Shown piece by piece: positions 6,437 through 16,501 of a stretch of 64,000 nt of DNA. Origin of the DNA: an uncultured Gammaproteobacteria bacterium (GTDB lineage: Bacteria; Patescibacteriota; Microgenomatia; CAYXHB01; CAZYTL01); NCBI GenBank assembly GCA_964650355.1, contig CAZYTL010000006.1, positions 11,019-75,018 of the forward strand, written 5' to 3'. A program made the translations under genes and the position numbers. Numbering within the stretch: the stretch's first letter is position 1; each line of letters starts with the position of its first letter. The notes under the pieces were generated by a model. It did not search any database. It was not told the origin of the DNA and saw only the letters and a list, made by a program, of their open reading frames with translations.

Positions 6437-9115
6437 ATGAATGATCAGAGCGGAGAACAAACACCACCTCCTCCAGATGTCCCACAGCCAGAAGGTGGAG
6501 GGCCAACGAGAGAGCAGGTAATGGCAAAGATCGAGCGCGAAGATAGGGATAAAAAGAAAAAAGAAGTACGGGATGAGATTGAAAACGGAACAGATAGAGA
6601 GGGAGCTTTGTTGCGAAATACTATTGTGGATGTGATTACTACGAATCCTGATGATAATCCTCCAATTCCTAATAAACGGATGGGGAGAATGAATGAATCA
6701 TATCAAAGAGCAAGAACACTGGCCGAAGACATGGATACCAATGCTAATCAGGTTTTGACGACCATCAGAGAATTTCATCGACACGCCAGACTGGGGAGAT
6801 ATGAATTGGATGTTAAAGTTCCTGAAGATGCATCACCTGAACAAAAGAAAGAAGCGATGAGGCAACAATTATTGGCAGACTTAGATAAAATGCCAACAGC
6901 AGCGGCCATGAGAGAACTTCAGCCATATGTGGATGAAAAAGCAGAAGCCAAACTAAAGGAAGATAAATTAAGGGAAACATTGAGTGGAGATCATGTTAAT
7001 AGGGCTAAAACAAGAAAAGCAGCTTATCAATTAGAACGGTCGGAAAATAGAGTTAAGGCCAAACAGAGAGCTTTGGCCATAGAGGCAGGAAGATTACACA
7101 CGGTAGAATTGCAATTAACTGATTTGCGTGAAGAAAGATTATCCTACGTGAGAGAGGAATTTGGCGGCATACCTGATGACCAACGCGATGAAAAGTACGA
7201 CCAAACTGTGCGCCGCTATAAGCAAGGTTTAGGGGAAAGAGACGCAAAGGCTCTCGAAGCGCTTGAGGATAAATTGGCGGAAGTGATTCCAGAAGAGGGT
7301 GAGACGGCTGAAGCAGGAGAAGGCGGAGAACCGGCTGAACCTGCCCCTTCGGAAGAGGCACCCCAAGAAGAAATAAAAGGGTTATTAACCCAAAGAACTA
7401 CGATTGAGGCAGAAATTGGACATCAGAGGCAACAATTAGAAGAAGCGATTCGAATTGCTGACGCGGAAGAGATTTGTAAGCTGGCACGTGAAATATCACA
7501 GAGAGAATTGGACTTATCAGCAAATAATGCCCTCCTGGATGCTTCAGCAGCCGGGTTGAGACGGCAGGCTGCTACTCATCAGTGGAACGAGGCTTTCCGA
7601 GGATTTGCTGATTCGTTTATTGCGGAAGGTGGTGACCCGAATCAAGAGTTCAAAGCACTCACCGGCGCGGCTAAGGAATCGGTGGCGTCATTAGCCAATT
7701 CGGGAAAAGAGTCAGCTAAAAGGATTTTTGGTAAATTAGCCAAACCATTAGGTGCAGCTGCCAGATGGACTGGGGAAAAATGGCGCACTTTTTGGACTGG
7801 AGTAGATAAATATGTAACAGAGAATGTGAGGCGAGCAGGTAGATGGGTAGGGGCAAGAATTAGACATGTGACAGAAGGAGCTCAGTCTAAAATTTCAGCG
7901 GCTGGAGGTCGTTTAGAAAGAGGGTTGACTGAAGTTAAAGACCGGTTTTATCGTACCCAGGATGCAATCCACTTAGGGGCCCATAAAGTGAAACGGTCTT
8001 TATTTGGAAGCGGAGCCTTGAAAAAACACCTCAAGGTGACTACAGGAAGGGCAATCGGGTATATTGCTTATTCTCCGGAGATGCAGGCCGATTTAAGAGA
8101 GAAAGTAAAAACCCGCAGGGAAGAGATTAAAGAGCAAAGGGCCGAATGGATTATAGAACAAGATGAAGAGTACAGAAAAAACCGAAAGGAGCATGACAGA
8201 TTTTCTAAGCTAGCCAGAATGGCTGAAAAAAGAGCCAATTTCCATGCAGAACGGGCTGGAGGTGAAGGTGAACCAGGGACAGTAGAAGAGGTTGAGGCGG
8301 GCGAACCAGGTTTGGATGATCTCGTAGAGAGAGTTGCCACTACTCAGCAGGAGGCTGAAGATATTTGGAATAATGTTCCAGAAGAGGAAAGAAGACGAGA
8401 GTTAAAAAAAGAAACTAAAGAGGCTATAAATATGGCAATTGACGAATCATTGGCAGCAAAAACTGCTTTAAGAGAACATTTAGTAACTTTAGTAACTGAA
8501 TTGCCAAGTGAAGCTGATAAAAGTGAAATTGAGAGCACAGTGGCTCAATTGAGAGAAATTGATGAAAAATTAAGGAAAAACGCCGTAAAGCAAGCAGATT
8601 ATGAATTTCCTATATTTGGCGGAGATGAGGGTAAAAAGGCTTTAATGGATGAGTATGATAAACAGTTAACAGCCTTAAGAGAAGCATATATAAAGGCTTC
8701 AGAAGCAGAACCTGAAGCAGAACCTGAGCGGTTAGATGAAGTAGTAGAAATGCAAGAAGAAGCTGAAAGAATGGTGGATGAACAGGGAAGAGACGAAATT
8801 CTTAGACAAACGGAAGCGCAAACAGATGACACTTTACTCCAATTAGAAGGATTGGTAGATAATAGTATAGCACCGGAAGCTCTGGATGTCCGCTCTTTGA
8901 TGGTCAATGAAAGAGCACTTCTCGTTCTGGCAAGACAAGCATCCGACCAGGAGAGAGGACAATTAAACCTGCTTGCTCGAGAGATGGAATCATTCTGGAA
9001 GGCAACCGAAGCTGCCAGATCAAGCACAGCACAAAATTTAAGAGATCAATCCATATCACAAGCAGCAGAGGCACGTGATAGAATAAAAGCGATGCTTGAT
9101 CAATTTAACCAGTAA
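6437..9115 (+). CDS. large hypothetical coiled-coil protein (892 aa), extremely E/K/R-rich
   Basis: Long ORF 50 nt after the previous gene. Its composition is dominated by Glu, Lys, Arg, Ala and Gln, typical of extended coiled coils. Confidence 0.7.
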   Translation: MNDQSGEQTPPPPDVPQPEGGGPTREQVMAKIEREDRDKKKKEVRDEIENGTDREGALLRNTIVDVITTNPDDNPPIPNKRMGRMNESYQRARTLAEDMDTNANQVLTTIREFHRHARLGRYELDVKVPEDASPEQKKEAMRQQLLADLDKMPTAAAMRELQPYVDEKAEAKLKEDKLRETLSGDHVNRAKTRKAAYQLERSENRVKAKQRALAIEAGRLHTVELQLTDLREERLSYVREEFGGIPDDQRDEKYDQTVRRYKQGLGERDAKALEALEDKLAEVIPEEGETAEAGEGGEPAEPAPSEEAPQEEIKGLLTQRTTIEAEIGHQRQQLEEAIRIADAEEICKLAREISQRELDLSANNALLDASAAGLRRQAATHQWNEAFRGFADSFIAEGGDPNQEFKALTGAAKESVASLANSGKESAKRIFGKLAKPLGAAARWTGEKWRTFWTGVDKYVTENVRRAGRWVGARIRHVTEGAQSKISAAGGRLERGLTEVKDRFYRTQDAIHLGAHKVKRSLFGSGALKKHLKVTTGRAIGYIAYSPEMQADLREKVKTRREEIKEQRAEWIIEQDEEYRKNRKEHDRFSKLARMAEKRANFHAERAGGEGEPGTVEEVEAGEPGLDDLVERVATTQQEAEDIWNNVPEEERRRELKKETKEAINMAIDESLAAKTALREHLVTLVTELPSEADKSEIESTVAQLREIDEKLRKNAVKQADYEFPIFGGDEGKKALMDEYDKQLTALREAYIKASEAEPEAEPERLDEVVEMQEEAERMVDEQGRDEILRQTEAQTDDTLLQLEGLVDNSIAPEALDVRSLMVNERALLVLARQASDQERGQLNLLAREMESFWKATEAARSSTAQNLRDQSISQAAEARDRIKAMLDQFNQ

Positions 9116-9139
9116 TTGACAAGTTAAGTTGTTTAAGTT

Positions 9140-9619
9140 ATGAATCAAAATCCACGCGATCGACTATTACAATTAATCATAGATTTACGAATGCCAATGT
9201 CTCCTGAGGAGGCTAAGGACCATATTGCTCATTTGAACGATGAAGAGGTTGGTTTATTGTTGCCCCGATATGAGGCAATCAAAGATTACGAAGATGCGGT
9301 TGATGCTGCAGCCCAAGAAGCTAATCCTGAAGAGTATGCCAAAATCGAGAATAAACTAAATCATGATTTATTGAGGACAAGACAAAGCGTTAGTTTGCGT
9401 AAAGAGCAGTTGCAAAAGGAAGCTGATGATGAGATGGACAAGATTCAGTTAAAAGCTGAAGCTGATATTAAAGATGTTTTGTACCAACAACAACATGAAT
9501 TAGCGGAAATCGAAGACGAATACAAAGATATATATACCAAGATGTCCACAGCGTTAATGAAAGCCCAAGCAAATAAAACTACCCAACAGGAAGCAACTCC
9601 GGAACAGCCTGAATCTTAA
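9140..9619 (+). CDS. hypothetical acidic coiled-coil protein (159 aa)
   Basis: Third gene of the same plus-strand operon. Acidic, helical composition. Confidence 0.55.
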   Translation: MNQNPRDRLLQLIIDLRMPMSPEEAKDHIAHLNDEEVGLLLPRYEAIKDYEDAVDAAAQEANPEEYAKIENKLNHDLLRTRQSVSLRKEQLQKEADDEMDKIQLKAEADIKDVLYQQQHELAEIEDEYKDIYTKMSTALMKAQANKTTQQEATPEQPES

Positions 9620-9658
9620 TTTTCTCCATCTACCACATAGTCAGATTTCAACTCTCCC

Positions 9659-10363
9659 CTATTCTGATTTTTCTTCTGAAGTTTCTTCTTTGGCCTCGCC
9701 TTTTTCTTCGGATTCGGCCTCTTTAGGTTCTTCCTCACCTTTTTCTTCAGTAGCTTCAACTTCTTCGGGGGAAGGAGCCGGAGCTTCCTCTTCCTCTTCT
9801 TGAGGCGCTTCTACTTTGGCAACGGTGGCTTCGGGTTCGGCCTGGAGAGTCACTTTCTTGGTGTCCACTTTAAGGTCGGAAACGAGTAAACTGTCCTCTA
9901 TTTCTACCAATTTGCTGATATCAAGTTCATATTTTTCAGGAAGATCTGTAGGCAAGGCTTCGACTTCGATTTCGTCCATGACCTGAACTAAGATGCCGCC
10001 CTTCTGCTCAACCGCCGGACTCTCCCCTACCAATTCGATGGGCACGTCAGCGGTGATTTTTTCTTTAAGGTCGACCTGGCGGAAGTCCACGTGTAAAGGC
10101 ATATCGGTAACGGGGTGGGTCTGAATCAAGTGGACCAAGGCGGGCCGAGGAGTTTTTTCTCCCTTAACAGTGAGTTCAATCAAGCCGGTATCACCTACCT
10201 GTTGATAGGTTTTAAGAAAATCTTTTTGGTCAACCTGAATGGCCTGGGACTTGACTTTGGAACCGAAGATGTTGGCGGGAAGCAGGCCTTGCGCCCGAAG
10301 TTTTTTGACTTGGCGGCCGGTAATTTTGCGAGGTTCAGAGGTAAGAGGGTGAAGGTTAGGCAT
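9659..10363 (-). CDS. rplY: 50S ribosomal protein bL25 (Ctc-type) with acidic C-terminal tail
   Basis: LPANIFGSKVKSQAIQVDQKDF...HLIQTHPVTDMPLHVDFRQV is the bL25/Ctc signature, followed by a Glu-rich tail. Confidence 0.8.
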   Translation of the reverse strand: MPNLHPLTSEPRKITGRQVKKLRAQGLLPANIFGSKVKSQAIQVDQKDFLKTYQQVGDTGLIELTVKGEKTPRPALVHLIQTHPVTDMPLHVDFRQVDLKEKITADVPIELVGESPAVEQKGGILVQVMDEIEVEALPTDLPEKYELDISKLVEIEDSLLVSDLKVDTKKVTLQAEPEATVAKVEAPQEEEEEAPAPSPEEVEATEEKGEEEPKEAESEEKGEAKEETSEEKSE

Positions 10364-10424
10364 AAGTTGCGAATTTACTCGATGTAAAGCGAATTAGCAC
10401 AAATAGAAATATGTTAAGGTAAGT

Positions 10425-13400
10425 TTATAGAGATCTGATTTTGTGTTTGTTAAAACTGACGTCGATGGTTTGGTCCTGTGATAATGAGATATTGTACCTG
10501 ATGGTCTGGTTATCGGTCAAGTGTGGGGCAGGACCAGATTGAAGATCCGAAGATGACTGGGTAGTGTTGGTGGGTTGAAAACCGACCGGATACTGAACCG
10601 TAAGCCAATAAGGGTCATTTTGGCTGCCCGCTTGTTTGGAAATTTGCAGTCGGTAGGTAAACTGATTAGGCAAAGACTGAGAGGGCAATGAATAGTCAAC
10701 GCGTACCAGATAATACGTTTGAGGTGGAATAGGAGCCAGAAAACCATAGACTTCATAACCATGTTCCTGAGTATGATCGATAAAATCCAAATCAATAGCC
10801 GGCAAGTCAGCAGAAGACTGATCAGATTCGGGACTCCAATGAGGGTCTGTGACCACACCTAACTGAAGGTTTTGCAACGCAGTACCCAAAGGTAAATAAA
10901 GGCGGAGATAGTTTTTGTAAGCGCCTCCTAGCCAGGAATCTGGTTGAGACTGGTTATGGTAAAAAATTTGCAAGGTTTCTTGAGGAGACGCGGTTTCTTG
11001 AAGTTTGATGTGGTGAAAGATCTGCCGCTCGAGGTACTGGTTGACTTTGTTAACGCCTAGGTTCGCTTCGACGATGAGGAGATGATCTGTAATTAAGTTA
11101 CTCCGGGCACTAAGTACCTGGGTGTTTTCCTGTAATTGTTTAACCTGAGATAGCAAAGGAGCAATATTGGACGTGGTATATGAATAAGGCTGCAAGGAAC
11201 CGCTCCAGCCGAGCTGGGAAATTAGGTCTTGGGCGGGTAGATGATCAAAATAAGCTAGAGCGTGTTTGGATTGAAAACCCGTGTTCAAGGCAGTGGCTAG
11301 CTTTACCCAATCTAATTGAGGACCGTGTTTTAATTTATAGAGGATAGCGTCAGCCACCAGACTAAGATGGTCCCCTTTCTGATGAGACCCGGGAAAGTGA
11401 TCCCCTTCTGACTTTTGTTGCAAGTATTGATAAAAATTATCAGCAGTCAGGGTAATCTGCTGATCGGGTAAATATACAGAATTCATGGCGCCGACCAGAT
11501 TCTGTATAAAGTCCACATCCACGGCCAAAACTCCGGATACTGATTGTTTAAGCTCTTTTTTGACAAACCATTGCAGCTTTTCTGACGTAGTAGGAAAATC
11601 CGGATCCCAATTGGCATCGCGCAGATACCAGCTGGCTTCGCCTAAATATTGATGAATAGGGCCGGGCGGCTCAACATAACCCAGTAACTGCCCATCAGCG
11701 TCGTAGACATCATGAATAGTCCAATTAGTTAATTGTCCCTGATCAAGAGTAAGTAGTCCGACTGAGCCGATAAATCCCCCAGTAGGCCGAAGTTCGCGAT
11801 TATTCTGAAAGATAACCAAATAGGTCTGGGGCTTTTGGTAACCGGCAAGAGCAGGATATTGACCCAGGCTATAAATGAAGGTGGCTAGCTGACCCCTAAC
11901 AAGAGGCAACTTGACTTTCAAACTGGTGTAGGTAGGTTGAGAAACGACTTGGCGAAGATAAAAAGGCAAATGATCAGGCAATACCGCTTGCAACTCACCT
12001 AGTAAGGTTTGGGTTTTTGTCAGATGCATACGAGCCTGATCCAAAGTGACCAAAGGATCAGTTTTCAGGCTAGGATCAAGCGTGGTGCGCAGAGAAGTCT
12101 GGAGTAGCAGCAACGAAGAGGAAGACTCAAAGATGGTTTCACTACTCAGTTGAGCCAGACGAATATGGGCCAAAGCCTGATCAAACTTTGTCCCTAAATA
12201 AGGAAGATGCGAAGCAAAAGACAAAAAGCCTAAACCCTGTCCCAGCTGCTGAAAACGGGCTTGAGCAAAGTCCGATTCCTGAGCAGCAGCCGTAAAGTTC
12301 CCGCTTTGTATTTGTTGAAGACTTTGATTTAAAAATAAGCCGCCTTGAATTAAGGTATAACCGAACACTGTGGGAGGAACGATAAGAGTCAAAACGATAA
12401 GGACCACCAAGGCTGGTTTCCAGGCATAAGATAAATTAGGTACTGCAGGTAAACGTCTAGATACAGGTCCAAATAATCTAGATAGTCCAAAGGTAAATCG
12501 CGGAGGTTTAAGTTTAGAAAAAGTCTTTTTAAAATTGAGAAATAAGTTGTTTTTGGATAGCTGTGACTGAGAATCAGATGGCGCGAACTGTCCAGAAAAG
12601 GCGGATTGTTGCTCTAAAACTTTCAAGTACTCATAGTGCATTCCATCCCAAGGCTGCGAAGCCGGCTTAGTCAATAAAATAGGCGGTTTAAGCCAATCAC
12701 CCATCATTTGCAACCCATGCTCAAGAGCAATTTCAGGCTGCCAATGAAGTCGTTGGCAGGTTCGTCGAATAAGTCGCGGATCAATCATGCTAGCCGCCGA
12801 AGGAGGTTGCGCGCTATAAGAAAAGCTTGTCCGGTGAGGCACAATTTGCTGAAGCAAGTGCAGAAAACTTTCCAGAGGATACGAATGATGATGAGCGAGA
12901 ACAAATTGTTGATGTTTAGTATTAGACATGAGAGTAATTTTGATAAGCGCTTGAACAGCATCCTGTACATGAAGAGGATAGATTTTAGTATGCGGAGAAA
13001 CTGAGAGTTGTCTTCTGGTGACTCCAAATTTAACAGCCGAAAAAACCTGCGACAGAGGTTGTTGACCATTTAGGTCGTAATTCGACCCGTAACAGTCTGC
13101 AAGAAGTACTGTGCGGAAATTGATCTGAGGTTTCCGGTCAAGAGAATTAAGCTGCTGAAAAATAAAAGGTAAGTGTAGATCAGTAAATGGAAATGGGGGT
13201 GTTTTTAATTGAGGATTAAAGTAAGGAGAAACATAGGTTATTTTAATGTGTGAGTTAGGCTCGTAAGGCAAAAGTTGCAACTGATGACGCAGTAAGGAAG
13301 TAACTTGTGCCTGATTAAGTTGAGACGCGGAAAAAGAACTAGCATATAAGTCAGTGAGAAAAAGATAGTCTGGTATAAGATCCGACTGTATCAATGGTGA

Positions 13401-13664
13401 TTGCGGAAATCCTTCAGAATGTAAATTGGAGGAGAAAAAGTATTTTGAAGAAATTAACGATTCTGGCAAGACTGTCTGAGTGGTGAAGATTGATGGAAGT
13501 CCAAGAACATAAATCCCCTGTTTAATTAACTCGTGAGCTAAATAATACCCAAGAAACTGATCTACAGCAGTAACTAATGCTAATGGATGAGGTTGTGAAG
13601 AGGATTGAGAAAGACTTGATTTTGAATGCGGAAAATACTGAGATAAGGATTCGGCAGGATGCAT
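10425..13664 (-). CDS. DUF4012-domain membrane protein with N-terminal (degenerate) NAD-epimerase-like domain
   Basis: The C-terminal half contains NNRELRPTGGFIGSVGLLTLDQGQLTNWTIHDVYDADGQ, typical of DUF4012. There is a single TM segment (PALVVLIVLTLIVPPTVFGY) and an N-terminal Rossmann-like region (ALVTAVDQFLGYY...). Confidence 0.65.
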   Translation of the reverse strand: MHPAESLSQYFPHSKSSLSQSSSQPHPLALVTAVDQFLGYYLAHELIKQGIYVLGLPSIFTTQTVLPESLISSKYFFSSNLHSEGFPQSPLIQSDLIPDYLFLTDLYASSFSASQLNQAQVTSLLRHQLQLLPYEPNSHIKITYVSPYFNPQLKTPPFPFTDLHLPFIFQQLNSLDRKPQINFRTVLLADCYGSNYDLNGQQPLSQVFSAVKFGVTRRQLSVSPHTKIYPLHVQDAVQALIKITLMSNTKHQQFVLAHHHSYPLESFLHLLQQIVPHRTSFSYSAQPPSAASMIDPRLIRRTCQRLHWQPEIALEHGLQMMGDWLKPPILLTKPASQPWDGMHYEYLKVLEQQSAFSGQFAPSDSQSQLSKNNLFLNFKKTFSKLKPPRFTFGLSRLFGPVSRRLPAVPNLSYAWKPALVVLIVLTLIVPPTVFGYTLIQGGLFLNQSLQQIQSGNFTAAAQESDFAQARFQQLGQGLGFLSFASHLPYLGTKFDQALAHIRLAQLSSETIFESSSSLLLLQTSLRTTLDPSLKTDPLVTLDQARMHLTKTQTLLGELQAVLPDHLPFYLRQVVSQPTYTSLKVKLPLVRGQLATFIYSLGQYPALAGYQKPQTYLVIFQNNRELRPTGGFIGSVGLLTLDQGQLTNWTIHDVYDADGQLLGYVEPPGPIHQYLGEASWYLRDANWDPDFPTTSEKLQWFVKKELKQSVSGVLAVDVDFIQNLVGAMNSVYLPDQQITLTADNFYQYLQQKSEGDHFPGSHQKGDHLSLVADAILYKLKHGPQLDWVKLATALNTGFQSKHALAYFDHLPAQDLISQLGWSGSLQPYSYTTSNIAPLLSQVKQLQENTQVLSARSNLITDHLLIVEANLGVNKVNQYLERQIFHHIKLQETASPQETLQIFYHNQSQPDSWLGGAYKNYLRLYLPLGTALQNLQLGVVTDPHWSPESDQSSADLPAIDLDFIDHTQEHGYEVYGFLAPIPPQTYYLVRVDYSLPSQSLPNQFTYRLQISKQAGSQNDPYWLTVQYPVGFQPTNTTQSSSDLQSGPAPHLTDNQTIRYNISLSQDQTIDVSFNKHKIRSL

Positions 13665-13900
13665 ATGATTCAGCGTAGCGAAAATTTTGAACTAATACAA
13701 GACCAGTAAAGCTGCTTAAATATATGTATTTTGTTTTTACTTTATTTTTCTATGGATTTTCTACTCATGCTAAATTTCATTTTCTACTTAATTTATACAT
13801 ATTTTCGTTATTACCTTTTCATGTGACGGTATTGACCTCATACATTTTCCACACGGCCATTACAAATCTTTTGTTACATGTTTGTAAGTCCAGAAGAAAC

Positions 13901-14359
13901 CTACGATGCTTGATCCAAAACCCGGTTCGCCAATTGATCAGCTAATTGATTATGCCGCCGAAGTTGATGCTGAAAATTAATCATTGTTCCTTGATTTTGT
14001 AAACGAATAAGCAATTGCTGGATTTTAATCATCAATGGTTGAAGGTGAGCAGCTTTAATTTTATATTTTCCCGTAATTTGTTTATAAAGAAGTTCGGAGT
14101 CGAGATTGATTGTGATTTCGTAGTTTTGAATTGTCGTAATGTCGCCCGCAAGCCATTGAAGTGCTAGAATCACTGCTTGATACTCGGCCACGTTATTCGT
14201 CTGCTTACCCAAAAAAATTCCCTGTTGATGAACAACATGCTGATGTTGATTTACCACCACAAAGGCCGCAGACGCAGAACCGGGATTCCCACGGCTAGCT
14301 CCGTCACAGAAGATGATAAGTTGTCGATGTGGAGATAATGGTGATTCGAAAGTGGACAT
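13901..14359 (-). CDS. rnhA: ribonuclease HI
   Basis: IFCDGASRGNPGSASAAFVV...NNVAEYQAVILALQ...ADQLAN carries the RNase H catalytic motifs. Confidence 0.85.
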   Translation of the reverse strand: MSTFESPLSPHRQLIIFCDGASRGNPGSASAAFVVVNQHQHVVHQQGIFLGKQTNNVAEYQAVILALQWLAGDITTIQNYEITINLDSELLYKQITGKYKIKAAHLQPLMIKIQQLLIRLQNQGTMINFQHQLRRHNQLADQLANRVLDQAS

Positions 14360-14397
14360 GGGTTTAGTTTAACACTGTTTTATGTTACCATGAGCAC

Positions 14398-15417
14398 ATG
14401 TTAAAGTCTTTAACCCCAGGCCAGCAAATCAATGACAAATTCGGGATATTAAGTATTACAGAAAAAACCACGGCTAATGGAGACCCGTATCTGGTAATAG
14501 AATTGACGCATCCGTCAGGTACAATTGCCGGTAAGGTTTGGTCAGATTCAATTCCTAATGTCAAGGTTAAGGAAGGAGATGTCGCCGAACTGAAAGGCAC
14601 TGTAGACCAATATCGAGGGGTGAATAATTTTAACATTCAAAACGCACGTCAAGTGCCCAATGAAGATTTATTGGATTATGTAACGGAAAAACCGACTCTG
14701 GTCTTTGATATCGAAACAGTGGGAAGGCCGTTTGAAGAATTAGATGAACATGACCAAGATTATTTTCTGAATAATTTGGAAAAAAATTTCGAAGGTACAA
14801 AGCAACAATTACACGACAGAACAGGCCTGTATCCCCTATTCGGATTTGTAGTAACGATTGGAATGTATAACCCAGGAACAGAAAAGGGTGCAGTATATTA
14901 CTTGACGAGTAGTAAAAAACAAAAAGCTACCAACAAAAAACTGCAGACAGGAGATAAGAGTGCCAAGGAATCTCCTGCGCATCAATCCAAGGAAGCTTTC
15001 ATTTATAGAGGCTTCGCAGATGAAAAGTCTTTATTAGAGGGTTTTTGGGAAACTGCCTTGAAGTACGAAAGATTCGTGACTTACAACGGCGCAGGTTTTG
15101 ACTGGCCCTTTTTAGTATTCAGATCAGGAGTACACAGAGTTAAGGTACCTTTTGAAACTAAAGGTAATGGAGATAAATTTATTGATTTATCTCAAAAAAT
15201 CAGAGTCGGATATCGGCCTTATCGTTTGGAACAACTGTGTAAAGCTTTCCAGATTAGCAACCCCAAGGAAGACGGAGTATCCGGTATGGAAGTGGCTAAA
15301 TTATACAGGCAAGGAAAACTAGAGGAAATTTTAAAATATGTATCCAGAGACGCTAAGTCTACGTCAGAACTGTACATGCTGTGGAAGACTTACTTAGCAG
15401 GGAAGATTATTGTATAG
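14398..15417 (+). CDS. predicted 3'-5' exonuclease (RNase H-like, PolB-exonuclease-related, COG3298-like) with N-terminal OB-fold
   Basis: Exo I-like VFDIETVG and Exo II-like YNGAGFDWPFL motifs. The N-terminal roughly 100 aa are OB-fold-like. Confidence 0.55.
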   Translation: MLKSLTPGQQINDKFGILSITEKTTANGDPYLVIELTHPSGTIAGKVWSDSIPNVKVKEGDVAELKGTVDQYRGVNNFNIQNARQVPNEDLLDYVTEKPTLVFDIETVGRPFEELDEHDQDYFLNNLEKNFEGTKQQLHDRTGLYPLFGFVVTIGMYNPGTEKGAVYYLTSSKKQKATNKKLQTGDKSAKESPAHQSKEAFIYRGFADEKSLLEGFWETALKYERFVTYNGAGFDWPFLVFRSGVHRVKVPFETKGNGDKFIDLSQKIRVGYRPYRLEQLCKAFQISNPKEDGVSGMEVAKLYRQGKLEEILKYVSRDAKSTSELYMLWKTYLAGKIIV

Positions 15418-15506
15418 CTAGCAGAAACAACATCAAACCTAGGCTGATCAGCCTTTGGCCGAGATATAACGCAATGAGCGTTGATTAAGAGAAGGGATTT
15501 ACGGCT

Positions 15507-16382
15507 TCAGAATTTCATGCTCGGAGTGACAATCTTCACATCGATTTGGTTAGTTAATGCAGAATATTGTTGTTGATCTTTTTGTTTTAAAGTGTTTAAA
15601 AAATCGGTGGTTTTAATGTCTGCCAGAACAGGTTGCCTGACGTTCTCGGGCAAAACCTTGAGAAAGTGGTAGGATTTGACGAACAAATTCACGGACCAAG
15701 TACTATTATTAAGGTGTAAATAGCCCTGAGCTAATAGTCCGTAAATTTGGGCTAGACGTCGATATTGACTCTCCCCTACTCTATTTTCGCTAATAATACC
15801 AACGCAAGACCAAAGTTTAGTGATCATTTGGTGAAAATCCTGCTGAACAAAGTTCAGTTTGGCCCAGTCTAGCAGTACGGTCATTTCCATGAACCAGCTC
15901 CCCTGCTCTCTGATCAAGGTCAGGCTTTGTTTAAGTAGCAATTTGGCTTTGTCTATTTGATCGGTGGCTAAAAACACCAAAGCTGATTTAGCTAAGGTGA
16001 TGCCCAAAGAGACTTTGTCGTCGGTTTGGCTCAGAAGATGAGAACTTTTGTTAAGCCACTCCAAGGCTTGAGGATATTGTCGTTGCTGAAAGTAGGCCAA
16101 GCCAATATCCCGATTGACATTGCCTATGGCCAGCTGATCTTTTAGGCTCTGATATAAACCGGCTGATTGGCGTAAAGCATCAAGAGCAGCCTGATAGTTC
16201 TGGGACATGGTGTGACAGACACCGATCATTTGTTGACAATAAGCTTGTCCGTTGAGATCCTCTGCTTGTTGATAGAGCTGTTGAGCCTGGTGAAAAGCAT
16301 TGATCGCTTGTTGAGTTTGGCCGTTGTCTTTAAATTTCTGAGCTTGATCGAAAAGTTGGTGAGGATCGTTTTTTTCCGTCAT
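15507..16382 (-). CDS. TPR-repeat protein
   Basis: Repeated AxxxYxxA/L helical hairpins (AINAFHQAQQLYQQAEDLNGQAYCQQMIGVCH...). Confidence 0.55.
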   Translation of the reverse strand: MTEKNDPHQLFDQAQKFKDNGQTQQAINAFHQAQQLYQQAEDLNGQAYCQQMIGVCHTMSQNYQAALDALRQSAGLYQSLKDQLAIGNVNRDIGLAYFQQRQYPQALEWLNKSSHLLSQTDDKVSLGITLAKSALVFLATDQIDKAKLLLKQSLTLIREQGSWFMEMTVLLDWAKLNFVQQDFHQMITKLWSCVGIISENRVGESQYRRLAQIYGLLAQGYLHLNNSTWSVNLFVKSYHFLKVLPENVRQPVLADIKTTDFLNTLKQKDQQQYSALTNQIDVKIVTPSMKF

Positions 16383-16457
16383 ATATTTTATGGTTGAGGT
16401 AGAAATATTTTAACACGACAAAATTGCTTTTTATATACAAAAGCTGTCCTTGCCAAA

Positions 16458-16495
16458 AGGAGATCCTATCGCTTCGCTCCAGGATGACGGAAACT
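16458..16495. repeat. dispersed repeat family A copy (GGAGATCCTATCGCTTCGCTCCAGGATGACGG)
   Basis: Read directly from the sequence, immediately downstream of the methyltransferase stop. The same about 33-nt motif recurs at 24892, 54995, 55196 and 55328. Confidence 0.55.
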
Positions 16496-16501
16496 ACGCA
16501 G

